Assembly (NCBI GenBank): GCA_902796535.1
Contig: CADBPL010000018.1
Location: forward strand, 1 to 57,902
Origin: Oscillospiraceae bacterium
GTDB taxonomy: Bacteria; Bacillota; Clostridia; Oscillospirales; Acutalibacteraceae
Length of the DNA stretch: 57,902 bases
Direction: 5' to 3'
This document shows, in pieces, positions 23,039 to 31,465 of the stretch (its first letter is position 1; each line of letters starts with the position of its first letter). The notes beneath the pieces are model-generated. The model worked only from the letters and a program-made list of their open reading frames with translations, was not told where the DNA came from and did no database searches. A program made the translations under genes and the position numbers.

Positions 23039-23929
23039 TTATTTGGTTTTCAGTTCCCAGTCTTTTATGTTCTTTGCCTCGTTATACAAGGCGACATAGC
23101 TTTCGTGGCGAGATGGCATGATCCGACCTTCTTCGACCGCCTGACAGATCAGGCAGCCCTTATCGGCCACGTGGGTGCAGCTTGTAAAGCGGCAGCGGCC
23201 GAGATAGGGCAAAAACTCGCGGAACGCAAACGGCAGGTTTTCCTTGACGATGCGTTCCTCCCCGTCCAGCTCAATGGCGGCGAAGCCGGGCGTGTCGGCA
23301 ATATAGCCGTCGCCGACGCGGAACAGCTCCACCTGGCGGGTGGTGTGGCGGCCGCGCCCCAGCTTTTCACTGATCTCGCCCGTTTCCAGGCGCAGCTCGG
23401 GACACAGGCGGTTGAGCAGCGTCGATTTGCCGACGCCGGAGTTGCCGCATAAAACGCAGATCTTGCCGTTCATGGCCGCCTTCAGTTCCTCCAGCCCGTT
23501 GTCGTTTTGCGTGGAAAGGGCGAAGACGTCAAAGCCGGATTTTTGGTAGATTTCGACCAGCTCGTCGGCGGCTGCCAGATCGGTTTTGGTGAACACCACG
23601 GCGCAGTCGATGCCCTTATCCTGTGCGATGGCGGTGAATTTGTCGATCACGAACGTGCTGGGCATGGGTTCGCGGGTCGAGGCTAAAATGAACAGCTTGT
23701 CCACGTTTGCCACCGGCGGGCGGTTGAGAAAGTTTTTGCGCTCGTGAATCTCATCCAGCGAACAGTAACCCGACGGGTTGAAGGAAATAGTCACGGCGTC
23801 TCCGGCCAGCGGCGTGATCCTGTTTTTGCGGTGGATCCCTTTGGCTTTGCACTCATAAACGGTATCGCCGACCTGCACGTAGTAAAAGCCGCCGATGCCC
23901 TTGATGAGCAGCCCTTCTGCCTGACTCAT
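23039..23929 (-). CDS. rsgA: Ribosome small-subunit-dependent GTPase A.
   Basis: 296 aa. N-terminal OB segment GGFYYV, circularly permuted GTPase with GNSGVGKSTLLN, and C-terminal zinc cluster CRFTSCTHVADKGCLICQ. It has an ATGA overlap with prkC. Confidence 0.9.
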   Translation of the reverse strand: MSQAEGLLIKGIGGFYYVQVGDTVYECKAKGIHRKNRITPLAGDAVTISFNPSGYCSLDEIHERKNFLNRPPVANVDKLFILASTREPMPSTFVIDKFTAIAQDKGIDCAVVFTKTDLAAADELVEIYQKSGFDVFALSTQNDNGLEELKAAMNGKICVLCGNSGVGKSTLLNRLCPELRLETGEISEKLGRGRHTTRQVELFRVGDGYIADTPGFAAIELDGEERIVKENLPFAFREFLPYLGRCRFTSCTHVADKGCLICQAVEEGRIMPSRHESYVALYNEAKNIKDWELKTK

Positions 23930-26151
23930 TGAAGAACCCCTCTGCCCACAACGAGAATGATGGTTGTGTCGGTCGGATAGCGCTTGAAGCGGTTGAGCCC
24001 GGAGGAAATATCCGGCATCTGCGAAAGCACAACGCCGATCTTTTTGGGATCAAGCGTGATCTCGGTTTCAATGGTGATGTTGTTGAAGCCGGCGTCTTTC
24101 AAGGTCTGCTTTGCCTTTTCGTCAGTCAGGCCAACCACGCTCGGAATGATGGAGGAAGCGTCGGTATAGAAGGAATTCTTAAAGGCGTCTTCGATGGTGG
24201 CCACGTCGCTGAGCGCGATGGGGTCGGTTGTGAAGTTGATGGTGCAGCTGTAAATATCTTTGTTGTCGATCTTAACGATCAGCTTGTCGGCTTTGCCGGA
24301 ACCGGTAACCTCCACGTTGTAGGTGCCGCCGTTGAGCAGCACTTCCTCGGTGGCGACGACCGCCGAATTCAAATAGGCCTTGAGTTCGCCCGTTTCGGTG
24401 CCCGCCATATAGGGCAGCTTGACGGCGATGGCCGTTGCCACGTTCGGCGCCTTGCCGCTGCTGACGATCAGGTCGATGGTCTCGTTTTTGTGCACCGCTT
24501 CTCCTTGCGCCGGAATCTGTTCGAGCACGGTTCCGGCGGCCGAAACGTCGTCACGCTGAGTGACGGAGCCGACCGAAAGGCCGACGGATTTGATCATTTC
24601 TCTGGCGTCGCTTTCAGAATAACCGACCACCTCGGGCGCCAAAACCGCGTCTTTATCGGTGCGCGTTGCCACGAAGAGGACGATCGCGGTGCCGGCAACG
24701 GTTTCGCTGCCCCGCTCCGGCAGTGTGCTGAGCACGGTGCCCTCCTCTGCGGTCGCGTCATATTGCGTTTCGTATGAGGTGGCAAAACCGGCCGCTTTGA
24801 GCTGTTCGGTCGCGTCCACATATTTCTGCCCGTAAACGTCGGGCACGGTAACGGTTTTCTGGTTTTGGTTGACGGTGAGCGTAACGGTCTGACCGGACTG
24901 AACCTTTGTGCCCTTTTCCGGGTCCTGCTTCACAACGACGCCGTAGGGCGACGCGGAATCGTTTTCGTAAATCACGTTGATCCGAAAATCGCTGTATGCG
25001 TCGTTGCCGGCGATCTCCGTTTCATAATTTTTGTTGAGAAAATTGGGAACCTCCAGTTTGCTGACCTTCATCACGTCGGTGAAGAAGAACAGGTAAGAGA
25101 AGATCAGCGCAGACACGGCGACCAGACCGGCCAGAACACCGGACAGAATCGGAATGAGCTTGTTGTTGCGCGTCGCATACTCATCGTTGACGCGCGGTTT
25201 GCCCCGGGCGGGATCCTGCCTTTCCTCGTTTTTCGGCACGAGCGGCTGATTCGAGGTCATGGTGCGATCGATATATTTGGTCGGCTCATTGTCGACAAAA
25301 TAGGAATAATCAAATTTAATGGAGGGATTCCGTTTGAATTCATCCAGATCCAGCAGCATTTCCGCTGCCGACTGATAACGCAGCTTCGGATCCTTCTGCA
25401 TGGCGCGCATGGTGATCTGCTCCAGCCCGACGGGAATGCTGCCGTTGATGCTGCGGGGTGGAACGGGTTCATCGTTGACCTGCATGAGGGCAACGGAAAC
25501 GGCGCTGTCGGATTGGAACGGCAGCTGACCGGTCAGCATTTCATACAGCATAACGCCCACGGAATAGATATCCGCCTTGGCGTCGGTGAAATCTCCCTTC
25601 GCCTGCTCCGGGCTGATATAGTGCACCGAACCGATCGCCCCTTCGGAGATGGTGCGGCTTTCGCTGCGGCTGAAGCTGGCAATGCCGAAATCGGTAACTT
25701 TAATGGTGCCGTTTTGCAGCAGCATGATGTTTTGCGGCTTGATATCGCGGTGAACGATGCCCTTGTCGTGCGCGTGCTGAAGGGCGCGCAGGATCTGCGT
25801 CAGAAAATGAACCGCCTCTTTCGGAGAGATCACCCTCTGGCGTTCGATATATTCTTTGAGGGTAATGCCCTCGATATATTCCATCACGATATATTGCAGC
25901 CGATCGCCGAAGCTGACGTCATAGACCTTAACGATGTTCGGGTGTGAAAGCACGGCAATGAATTTGCATTCGTTTTTGAACCTGCGGCGGAATGCCTCGT
26001 TGGCAAGGTATTCTTCGCGCAGGATTTTCACGGCGACGATCCGGTCGTCGATGCGGTCATAGGCCTTGTAGACGTAGGCCATACCGCCGACGCCGATGAT
26101 CTCATGGATCTCATACCGGTCGTCGATGCGTTTTCCCGTATAGTTTTCCAT
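23926..26151 (-). CDS. prkC: Ser/Thr protein kinase with extracellular PASTA repeats (PrkC/PknB type).
   Basis: 741 aa. Kinase motifs HRDIKPQN, DFG and SPEQ. TM segment LIPILSGVLAGLVAVSALIFSYLFFF. Three PASTA units, an insert of about 100 aa, then a fourth PASTA unit. Confidence 0.92.
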   Translation of the reverse strand: MENYTGKRIDDRYEIHEIIGVGGMAYVYKAYDRIDDRIVAVKILREEYLANEAFRRRFKNECKFIAVLSHPNIVKVYDVSFGDRLQYIVMEYIEGITLKEYIERQRVISPKEAVHFLTQILRALQHAHDKGIVHRDIKPQNIMLLQNGTIKVTDFGIASFSRSESRTISEGAIGSVHYISPEQAKGDFTDAKADIYSVGVMLYEMLTGQLPFQSDSAVSVALMQVNDEPVPPRSINGSIPVGLEQITMRAMQKDPKLRYQSAAEMLLDLDEFKRNPSIKFDYSYFVDNEPTKYIDRTMTSNQPLVPKNEERQDPARGKPRVNDEYATRNNKLIPILSGVLAGLVAVSALIFSYLFFFTDVMKVSKLEVPNFLNKNYETEIAGNDAYSDFRINVIYENDSASPYGVVVKQDPEKGTKVQSGQTVTLTVNQNQKTVTVPDVYGQKYVDATEQLKAAGFATSYETQYDATAEEGTVLSTLPERGSETVAGTAIVLFVATRTDKDAVLAPEVVGYSESDAREMIKSVGLSVGSVTQRDDVSAAGTVLEQIPAQGEAVHKNETIDLIVSSGKAPNVATAIAVKLPYMAGTETGELKAYLNSAVVATEEVLLNGGTYNVEVTGSGKADKLIVKIDNKDIYSCTINFTTDPIALSDVATIEDAFKNSFYTDASSIIPSVVGLTDEKAKQTLKDAGFNNITIETEITLDPKKIGVVLSQMPDISSGLNRFKRYPTDTTIILVVGRGVLQ

Positions 26152-26164
26152 CGTTTTCCCTCCT

Positions 26165-26893
26165 TTACGAAGCGATCGTTACGACCGTGATGTTGTCGCC
26201 GCCTCCGTTTTCGTTGGCGGCCTGAACTAACTTTTCGGCGTATTCGGATGGATCGGAGCGGATGATGATGTCCGTGATCGTTTCATCGCGGACAAAATTA
26301 GTCAACCCGTCGGTGCAAAGCAGAAGCACGTCGTCCTCCTGCAGCGATTCTTCGTTGAAATCAACACGAATGTTTTCCGCCACGCCGACGGCGCGGGTGA
26401 TGATGTTTTTGCCCGGATAGGTTCGCGCTTCCTCCTGCGTAATGCTCCCCTTTTCGACCAGATCCTGCACATAAGAATGGTCGCGCGTGATCTGGCGGAA
26501 GGCGCCGTTTTTGGGGATGATGTAAACGCGGCTGTCGCCCACGTGCGCGATATAAGCCGTGCTGTCGAGGATGACAACCACCACGCAGGTCGTGCCCATT
26601 CCGCTCAGGCTGACGTCCTGACGCGCCATATCCAGCAAACAGGCGTTGGCGCGGTGGATGGCCGATTCCATCATGTTCAGGATCGATTGCGGCCTCATGC
26701 CGCTGCGGCAGCAGCTTTTGAGCGCCTCAGTGATCTTTTGAACAGCAACGGAGCTTGCCACGTTGCCGCCGGCAGCGCCGCCCATTCCGTCGCAAACAAC
26801 GGCCCAGGTCGCGCCCTCCAGCTCGCCGGTCGCGTAGGAATCCTGATTGTTTGCTCTGACAATTCCTTTGTCTGTTTTGGCTGAAATCTTCAT
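26165..26893 (-). CDS. prpC: PP2C-family Ser/Thr phosphatase (Stp/PrpC).
   Basis: 242 aa. Motifs VCDGMGG, GTTCVVV and LLLCTDGL. It lies adjacent to prkC, as in other Firmicutes. Confidence 0.9.
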   Translation of the reverse strand: MKISAKTDKGIVRANNQDSYATGELEGATWAVVCDGMGGAAGGNVASSVAVQKITEALKSCCRSGMRPQSILNMMESAIHRANACLLDMARQDVSLSGMGTTCVVVVILDSTAYIAHVGDSRVYIIPKNGAFRQITRDHSYVQDLVEKGSITQEEARTYPGKNIITRAVGVAENIRVDFNEESLQEDDVLLLCTDGLTNFVRDETITDIIIRSDPSEYAEKLVQAANENGGGDNITVVTIAS

Positions 26894-26951
26894 TGTTTCT
26901 ACGGCGCGGGGTATCCGTGCGTGTCTCCTTTCCGAGGAATGATGCGGTATG

Positions 26952-27959
26952 TTAACGGATGTGCTTGCTTCTCAATTGCCCGCAGGAGGCGTCGATATCG
27001 CCGCCCAGGCTGCGGCGCACCGTCACGGTGCGGCCCTCGTTCTCCAGAATCCCGGCAAATGCGCGGATGCGCTGAGGGGAGCTTGATTTCAGCCCGCTTT
27101 CCGTTACGTCATTGGCCGGGATCAAATTGATATGGCTCAGCGTTCCTTTTAACAGCTCGGCCAGCTCGCGGGCGCATTCGTCCGAATCATTCACGCCGCC
27201 GAGCATGGTGTATTCATAGGAGATGCGGCGCGAGGTCGCATCGGCATAATGGCGGCAGGCGCGCATCAGCTCTTCCAATGGGTATTTGCGGTTGATCGGC
27301 ATGAGTGACGAACGCATGGCGTTGTTCGGCGCGTGAAGCGACACGGAAAGCGTGAGCTGCAAATTTTCTTTTTCCAGTTTTTCAATGCCGGGTACGACCC
27401 CGCAGGTGGAAAGAGAAATGTTGCGCATACCGATATTCAGGCCGTTTTCATCGTTGACCAGCCTGAGAAAGCGCAGCACGTTGTCGTAGTTATCAAACGG
27501 CTCGCCCATGCCCATGAGCACAAGGTGGGAAACGCGGATGCTTTCATCCCGCTGGGCTGCGTGGATCTGGCCGAGGATCTCCCCTGCCGACAAATCGCGG
27601 ACGAAGCCGCTTTTGCCCGTGGCGCAGAACGCGCAGTTCATCCGGCAGCCGACCTGTGTGGAAACGCAGAGCGAATAGCCGTATTTGTATTTCATCAGAA
27701 CGCTTTCAATGAATTCGCCGTCATGCAGCCGGAACAGATATTTCACGGTGGGGTCGAGCGCGGAAACTGATTTTTTTTCGATTCTACAATCGTAGATGCA
27801 ACAGGTTTCCGCGAGCCTGTCCCGCAGGGCTTTGGAAAGATTGGTCATGTCGGCAAACGACGAAACACCCTTTTGCTGCAGCCACTGCCACACCTGCCTG
27901 GCGCGAAAAGACGGCAGAGAGAGGGTGGAAAAGAAAGCGGTCAGCTCCTCAAGCGTCAT
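26952..27959 (-). CDS. rlmN: 23S rRNA/tRNA (adenine-C2)-methyltransferase, radical SAM.
   Basis: 335 aa. Motifs FRARQVWQWL, radical-SAM cluster CRMNCAFCATG and C-terminal DIDASCGQL. Confidence 0.9.
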   Translation of the reverse strand: MTLEELTAFFSTLSLPSFRARQVWQWLQQKGVSSFADMTNLSKALRDRLAETCCIYDCRIEKKSVSALDPTVKYLFRLHDGEFIESVLMKYKYGYSLCVSTQVGCRMNCAFCATGKSGFVRDLSAGEILGQIHAAQRDESIRVSHLVLMGMGEPFDNYDNVLRFLRLVNDENGLNIGMRNISLSTCGVVPGIEKLEKENLQLTLSVSLHAPNNAMRSSLMPINRKYPLEELMRACRHYADATSRRISYEYTMLGGVNDSDECARELAELLKGTLSHINLIPANDVTESGLKSSSPQRIRAFAGILENEGRTVTVRRSLGGDIDASCGQLRSKHIR

Positions 27960-27976
27960 GGATCTGATATCCTGCT

Positions 27977-29299
27977 TCAGCGTTTCCCTCTCCTTTCAAA
28001 CACGGCGATAAAGAACCCATCCGTCTGATTCCTATGCGGCATCAGCGTCAGCGTATGCGCGCTGCGGTAAGAATCTTCGCCGCCGACCGCAGGCTCAACT
28101 GCCACGAAATCGTCGTGCTCCTGCAAAAAGCGCTGCGCGACCGCCTCATTTTCGGCGGGGTTCAGCGCGCAGGTGGAGTAGACCAGACGGCCGCCCTGCA
28201 TCACATAATTTGCGGAATTATTCAATATATTATACTGTGTTTTGGGTAATTTGTCAATCTCACCCGGGTCTTTGAACCGGATCTCGGGCTTGCGGCGGAT
28301 GATGCCGAGCCCCGAACAGGGCACGTCGCACAGCACGCGCTGCGCCATGGGCAGCTGCCGGCTGATGGTACACGCGTCGTTCAGCGCCACGTCGATGGAA
28401 CGAAGCCCGAGCCGATTGGCGCCCTCTTTGATCAGCGCCAGACGGTGGGAATGGATGTCGCAACAGATGATCCTGCCTTCGTCGTGCATCAGCTGCGCCG
28501 CCGTGAAGGCCTTGCCGCCGGGCGCGGAGCACAGGTCGAGAACCGTGTCGCCCGGCTGCGGGTCAAGCGCCGCCGCGCAAAGCTGGGACGCGGCGTCCTG
28601 CACGTGAAACAGCCCTTTTTGAAAGCTGACGAGCTTTTCCACGCTGCCGCATTTGCCGAGGTTCAGCGCGTTTTCACACGGCGCAGGCGCCGCTTCCACG
28701 CCCTCTTCCTTCAGCCGCTGTTTCAACTGCGGCGCCGTCGTGCGCTGCGTGTTGACCCGAACGGTCAACGGCGGGCGGCCGGTGCAGGCGGCCATGATCC
28801 CTTCGGCGTTATCTTCCCCGTAGCAGCCGCGCCAAAGGCGCACGAGCCACAGCGGAAACGAATATTTGACAGATAAGTATTGATCCGGATCCGATTCATC
28901 CGGCAGGACGAGCCCCTCGCGGCTGACGGCGCGCAGCACCGCGTTGGTCAGCCTGGCGGCAAAGGCGCAGCCGTTGGCGCGCACAAGCGTGACGCTTTCG
29001 TTCACGGCTGCGGACGGCGGGATCTTATCCATAAAAAGCAGCTGGTAAGCGCCCATGCGCAGGGCGGTGAGCACCTGCGGCTTGAGCTTTCTGACAGGCT
29101 GCTTCAAATGGCGGCTCAGGCAGTGATCCAGCGTGACGGTGCGTTCCAGCACACCGTAAACCAAAGCGCTGACCAGCGACGCGTCCACCTCTTTCAGGTC
29201 GGAGCCGCTGAGCATACTGTCGATCGTCAGGTTGGAATAAGAACCGCTGCGGTTGATCTTATTCAGAATCTCAAAGGCGGTTTGTCTGGCTGATTTCAT
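27977..29299 (-). CDS. rsmB: 16S rRNA (cytosine967-C5)-methyltransferase.
   Basis: 440 aa. N-terminal NusB-like domain. Motifs CSAPGGK, DVPCSG and YSTCA. Confidence 0.9.
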   Translation of the reverse strand: MKSARQTAFEILNKINRSGSYSNLTIDSMLSGSDLKEVDASLVSALVYGVLERTVTLDHCLSRHLKQPVRKLKPQVLTALRMGAYQLLFMDKIPPSAAVNESVTLVRANGCAFAARLTNAVLRAVSREGLVLPDESDPDQYLSVKYSFPLWLVRLWRGCYGEDNAEGIMAACTGRPPLTVRVNTQRTTAPQLKQRLKEEGVEAAPAPCENALNLGKCGSVEKLVSFQKGLFHVQDAASQLCAAALDPQPGDTVLDLCSAPGGKAFTAAQLMHDEGRIICCDIHSHRLALIKEGANRLGLRSIDVALNDACTISRQLPMAQRVLCDVPCSGLGIIRRKPEIRFKDPGEIDKLPKTQYNILNNSANYVMQGGRLVYSTCALNPAENEAVAQRFLQEHDDFVAVEPAVGGEDSYRSAHTLTLMPHRNQTDGFFIAVFERRGKR

Positions 29300-29994
29300 C
29301 AGTTTCTCCTGTTAAACCGCAGCACAAAGCGCAGCAGATTCGCCAGTGTGACGAGCAGCGCAGTCACATAGGTCATGGCGGCCGCCGTGAGCACCTTGCG
29401 CGCGCCCGGCTGTTCATCGTCGGTGAGCATGTTGGTTTCTTCAATGACCTTCATTGCCCTGTGGCTGGCGTTGAGCTCCACGGGCAGCGTGACGAACTGG
29501 AACAGCGCGATCAGGCCATAGAGCAGCAGGCCGATGGAGACCAGCGGATGAAAGCCGAGAAAGTAGCCGAGAATCGCAATGGGCAACCCGATGGCTGAGC
29601 CGATGTTGCACACAGGCAGGATCATGTTGCGGATTTTGATCGGCATATAGTTTTCAGCGTGCTGCGCCGCGTGCCCCGCTTCATGGCAGGCGATGCCGAT
29701 GGCGGCTACGTTTGCGCCGCTTGAGACCTCCTGCGACAGACGGATCACCTTGGCCTTGGGGTCGTAATGGTCGGTCAGCTTGCCCGACACCGTTTCAATG
29801 CGCACGTCGTTGATGCCGTATTGATAAAGCACTCTGGCTGCTGCCTGCGCGCCGGTGAGCCCGCGCGAGGACAACACCTTTGACTGCTTGCTGTAAGCGG
29901 ATTTGACCATGCCCTGCGCGATCAGGGAGAGCGCGAGCATGGGAAGGACTAAAATCAGATAATAATAGTCAAAATAAAGAAAACCCATAATCAA
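29299..29994 (-). CDS. Membrane zinc metallopeptidase (YugP/Zn_peptidase_2 family).
   Basis: 231 aa. N-terminal TM segment and HEAGHAAQH (HExxH). Its stop shares one nucleotide with the rsmB start (TGATG). Confidence 0.8.
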   Translation of the reverse strand: MIMGFLYFDYYYLILVLPMLALSLIAQGMVKSAYSKQSKVLSSRGLTGAQAAARVLYQYGINDVRIETVSGKLTDHYDPKAKVIRLSQEVSSGANVAAIGIACHEAGHAAQHAENYMPIKIRNMILPVCNIGSAIGLPIAILGYFLGFHPLVSIGLLLYGLIALFQFVTLPVELNASHRAMKVIEETNMLTDDEQPGARKVLTAAAMTYVTALLVTLANLLRFVLRFNRRN

Positions 29995-30010
29995 TCTCTT
30001 TTCTCAAAAA

Positions 30011-30940
30011 TCATTGCCCTAAAATGGTTCCTTTTTCAATTTTAAAGCCGCGTAAAAAATCCGGGGCGCGCAGCTTGCTTTTGCCCTGCGCCTGCAGTTC
30101 GCCGATCAGAACGGTGACCCCGTCGCCGCAGCAGACTTCCAGTTGTTTATCGGCACCGACGACTTCACCGGCGCGTTTGCCGCAGGGGCTGCCCAAATGG
30201 GAACGGGACAGCTTGACGGTTTTTCCGTGGATCACGGTCGAGGCGCCCGGCCACGGGTCGAGCCCGCGGATCTGATCGTGCACCTGCTGCGCCGTTTTGC
30301 TCCAGTCGACCGGCGCCATGCTTTTGTCGAGCATCGAAGCATAGGTTGCCCGGCTGTTATCCTGCTTTTGCGGCGTGATCGTGCCGTTTTGCAGGCCGAC
30401 GATGGTTTGGAGGAGCAGCCCGGCGCCGAGCACCTTCAGCCGGTCAAACAGTTCGCCGGCGGTTTCGTCGGGCTGAATATCGGTTTTTTCCGCTAACAGG
30501 ATATCGCCGGTGTCCATGCCGGCATCCAACTGCATGGTGGTGACGCCCGTGACCTTTTTGCCCTGCAGAATGCTGTGCTGGATGGGCGCCGCACCGCGCA
30601 GCTCAGGCAGGAGCGACGCGTGAACGTTCACACAGCCGTAGGGCGGCAGGTCGAGGATCTCCTGCGGAATGATCTTGCCGTAAGCGACGACCACGATGAG
30701 ATCGGGCGCGAGCAGCCGGATGCGTTCGGCCGCCTCACCGTCACGCAGGGTACTGGGCTGATAGGTCTCAAGCCCCAGCTCCTGTGCGCAGACCTTGACC
30801 GCGGGCGGCGTCAGGATCATTTTGCGGCCCTGCGGCTTGTCAGGCTGACTCATCACAAGGCAGACGTCATGCCCGTTTTGCACGAGCGCACGCAGGCAGT
30901 CCACCGCAAAATCGGGTGTTCCCATAAATACGATCCGCAT
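30011..30940 (-). CDS. fmt: Methionyl-tRNA formyltransferase.
   Basis: 309 aa. Motifs MRIVFMGTPDFAV and NVHASLLPELRGAAPIQ. Confidence 0.93.
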   Translation of the reverse strand: MRIVFMGTPDFAVDCLRALVQNGHDVCLVMSQPDKPQGRKMILTPPAVKVCAQELGLETYQPSTLRDGEAAERIRLLAPDLIVVVAYGKIIPQEILDLPPYGCVNVHASLLPELRGAAPIQHSILQGKKVTGVTTMQLDAGMDTGDILLAEKTDIQPDETAGELFDRLKVLGAGLLLQTIVGLQNGTITPQKQDNSRATYASMLDKSMAPVDWSKTAQQVHDQIRGLDPWPGASTVIHGKTVKLSRSHLGSPCGKRAGEVVGADKQLEVCCGDGVTVLIGELQAQGKSKLRAPDFLRGFKIEKGTILGQ

Positions 30941-30995
30941 AGGGATCAGCTCCTTTTTTGAAAGCAGCGCCGCAGTTTGTGCGGTGTTGCCTGAA

Positions 30996-31451
30996 TTATT
31001 CCTCGTCCTGTTCCGGGGCCAGATGGTCGATGTAAAGCTGACCGTCCAGATGGTCGATCTCGTGGCAGAACGCGCGAGCCTTGAGTTCGCTGCCTGAATA
31101 GAAGCACCACTTGCCGTAACGGTTCTGCGCTTTGACCTTGACGCTCATGGGGCGGATGGTGCGGGCGCTTTCACCGGGGATGGACAGGCAGCCCTCCATT
31201 TCGCGCTGCTCGCCTTGTGCTTCGATGATCTCCGGGTTGACCAGCTCAATGGCGCCGTCGCCGCAGTCCAGCACGACCACGCGGCGCAGCACGCCAACCT
31301 GAACGGCCGCCAGACCGCAGCCCTCCGCGTGATACATGGTGTCCTTCATGTCGTCGATCAGCTGCGCAAGGCGATCGTCGAATTTATCGACCGGCCGGCT
31401 CTTTTTGCGCAGCATGGGATTTTCTTTTTTGATGATGTTTCTTAATGCCAT
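30996..31451 (-). CDS. def: Peptide deformylase.
   Basis: 151 aa. Motifs GLAAVQVG, EGCLSIPG and HEIDHLDG. Confidence 0.93.
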   Translation of the reverse strand: MALRNIIKKENPMLRKKSRPVDKFDDRLAQLIDDMKDTMYHAEGCGLAAVQVGVLRRVVVLDCGDGAIELVNPEIIEAQGEQREMEGCLSIPGESARTIRPMSVKVKAQNRYGKWCFYSGSELKARAFCHEIDHLDGQLYIDHLAPEQDEE

Positions 31452-31465
31452 TTCATTCGCCTTCT

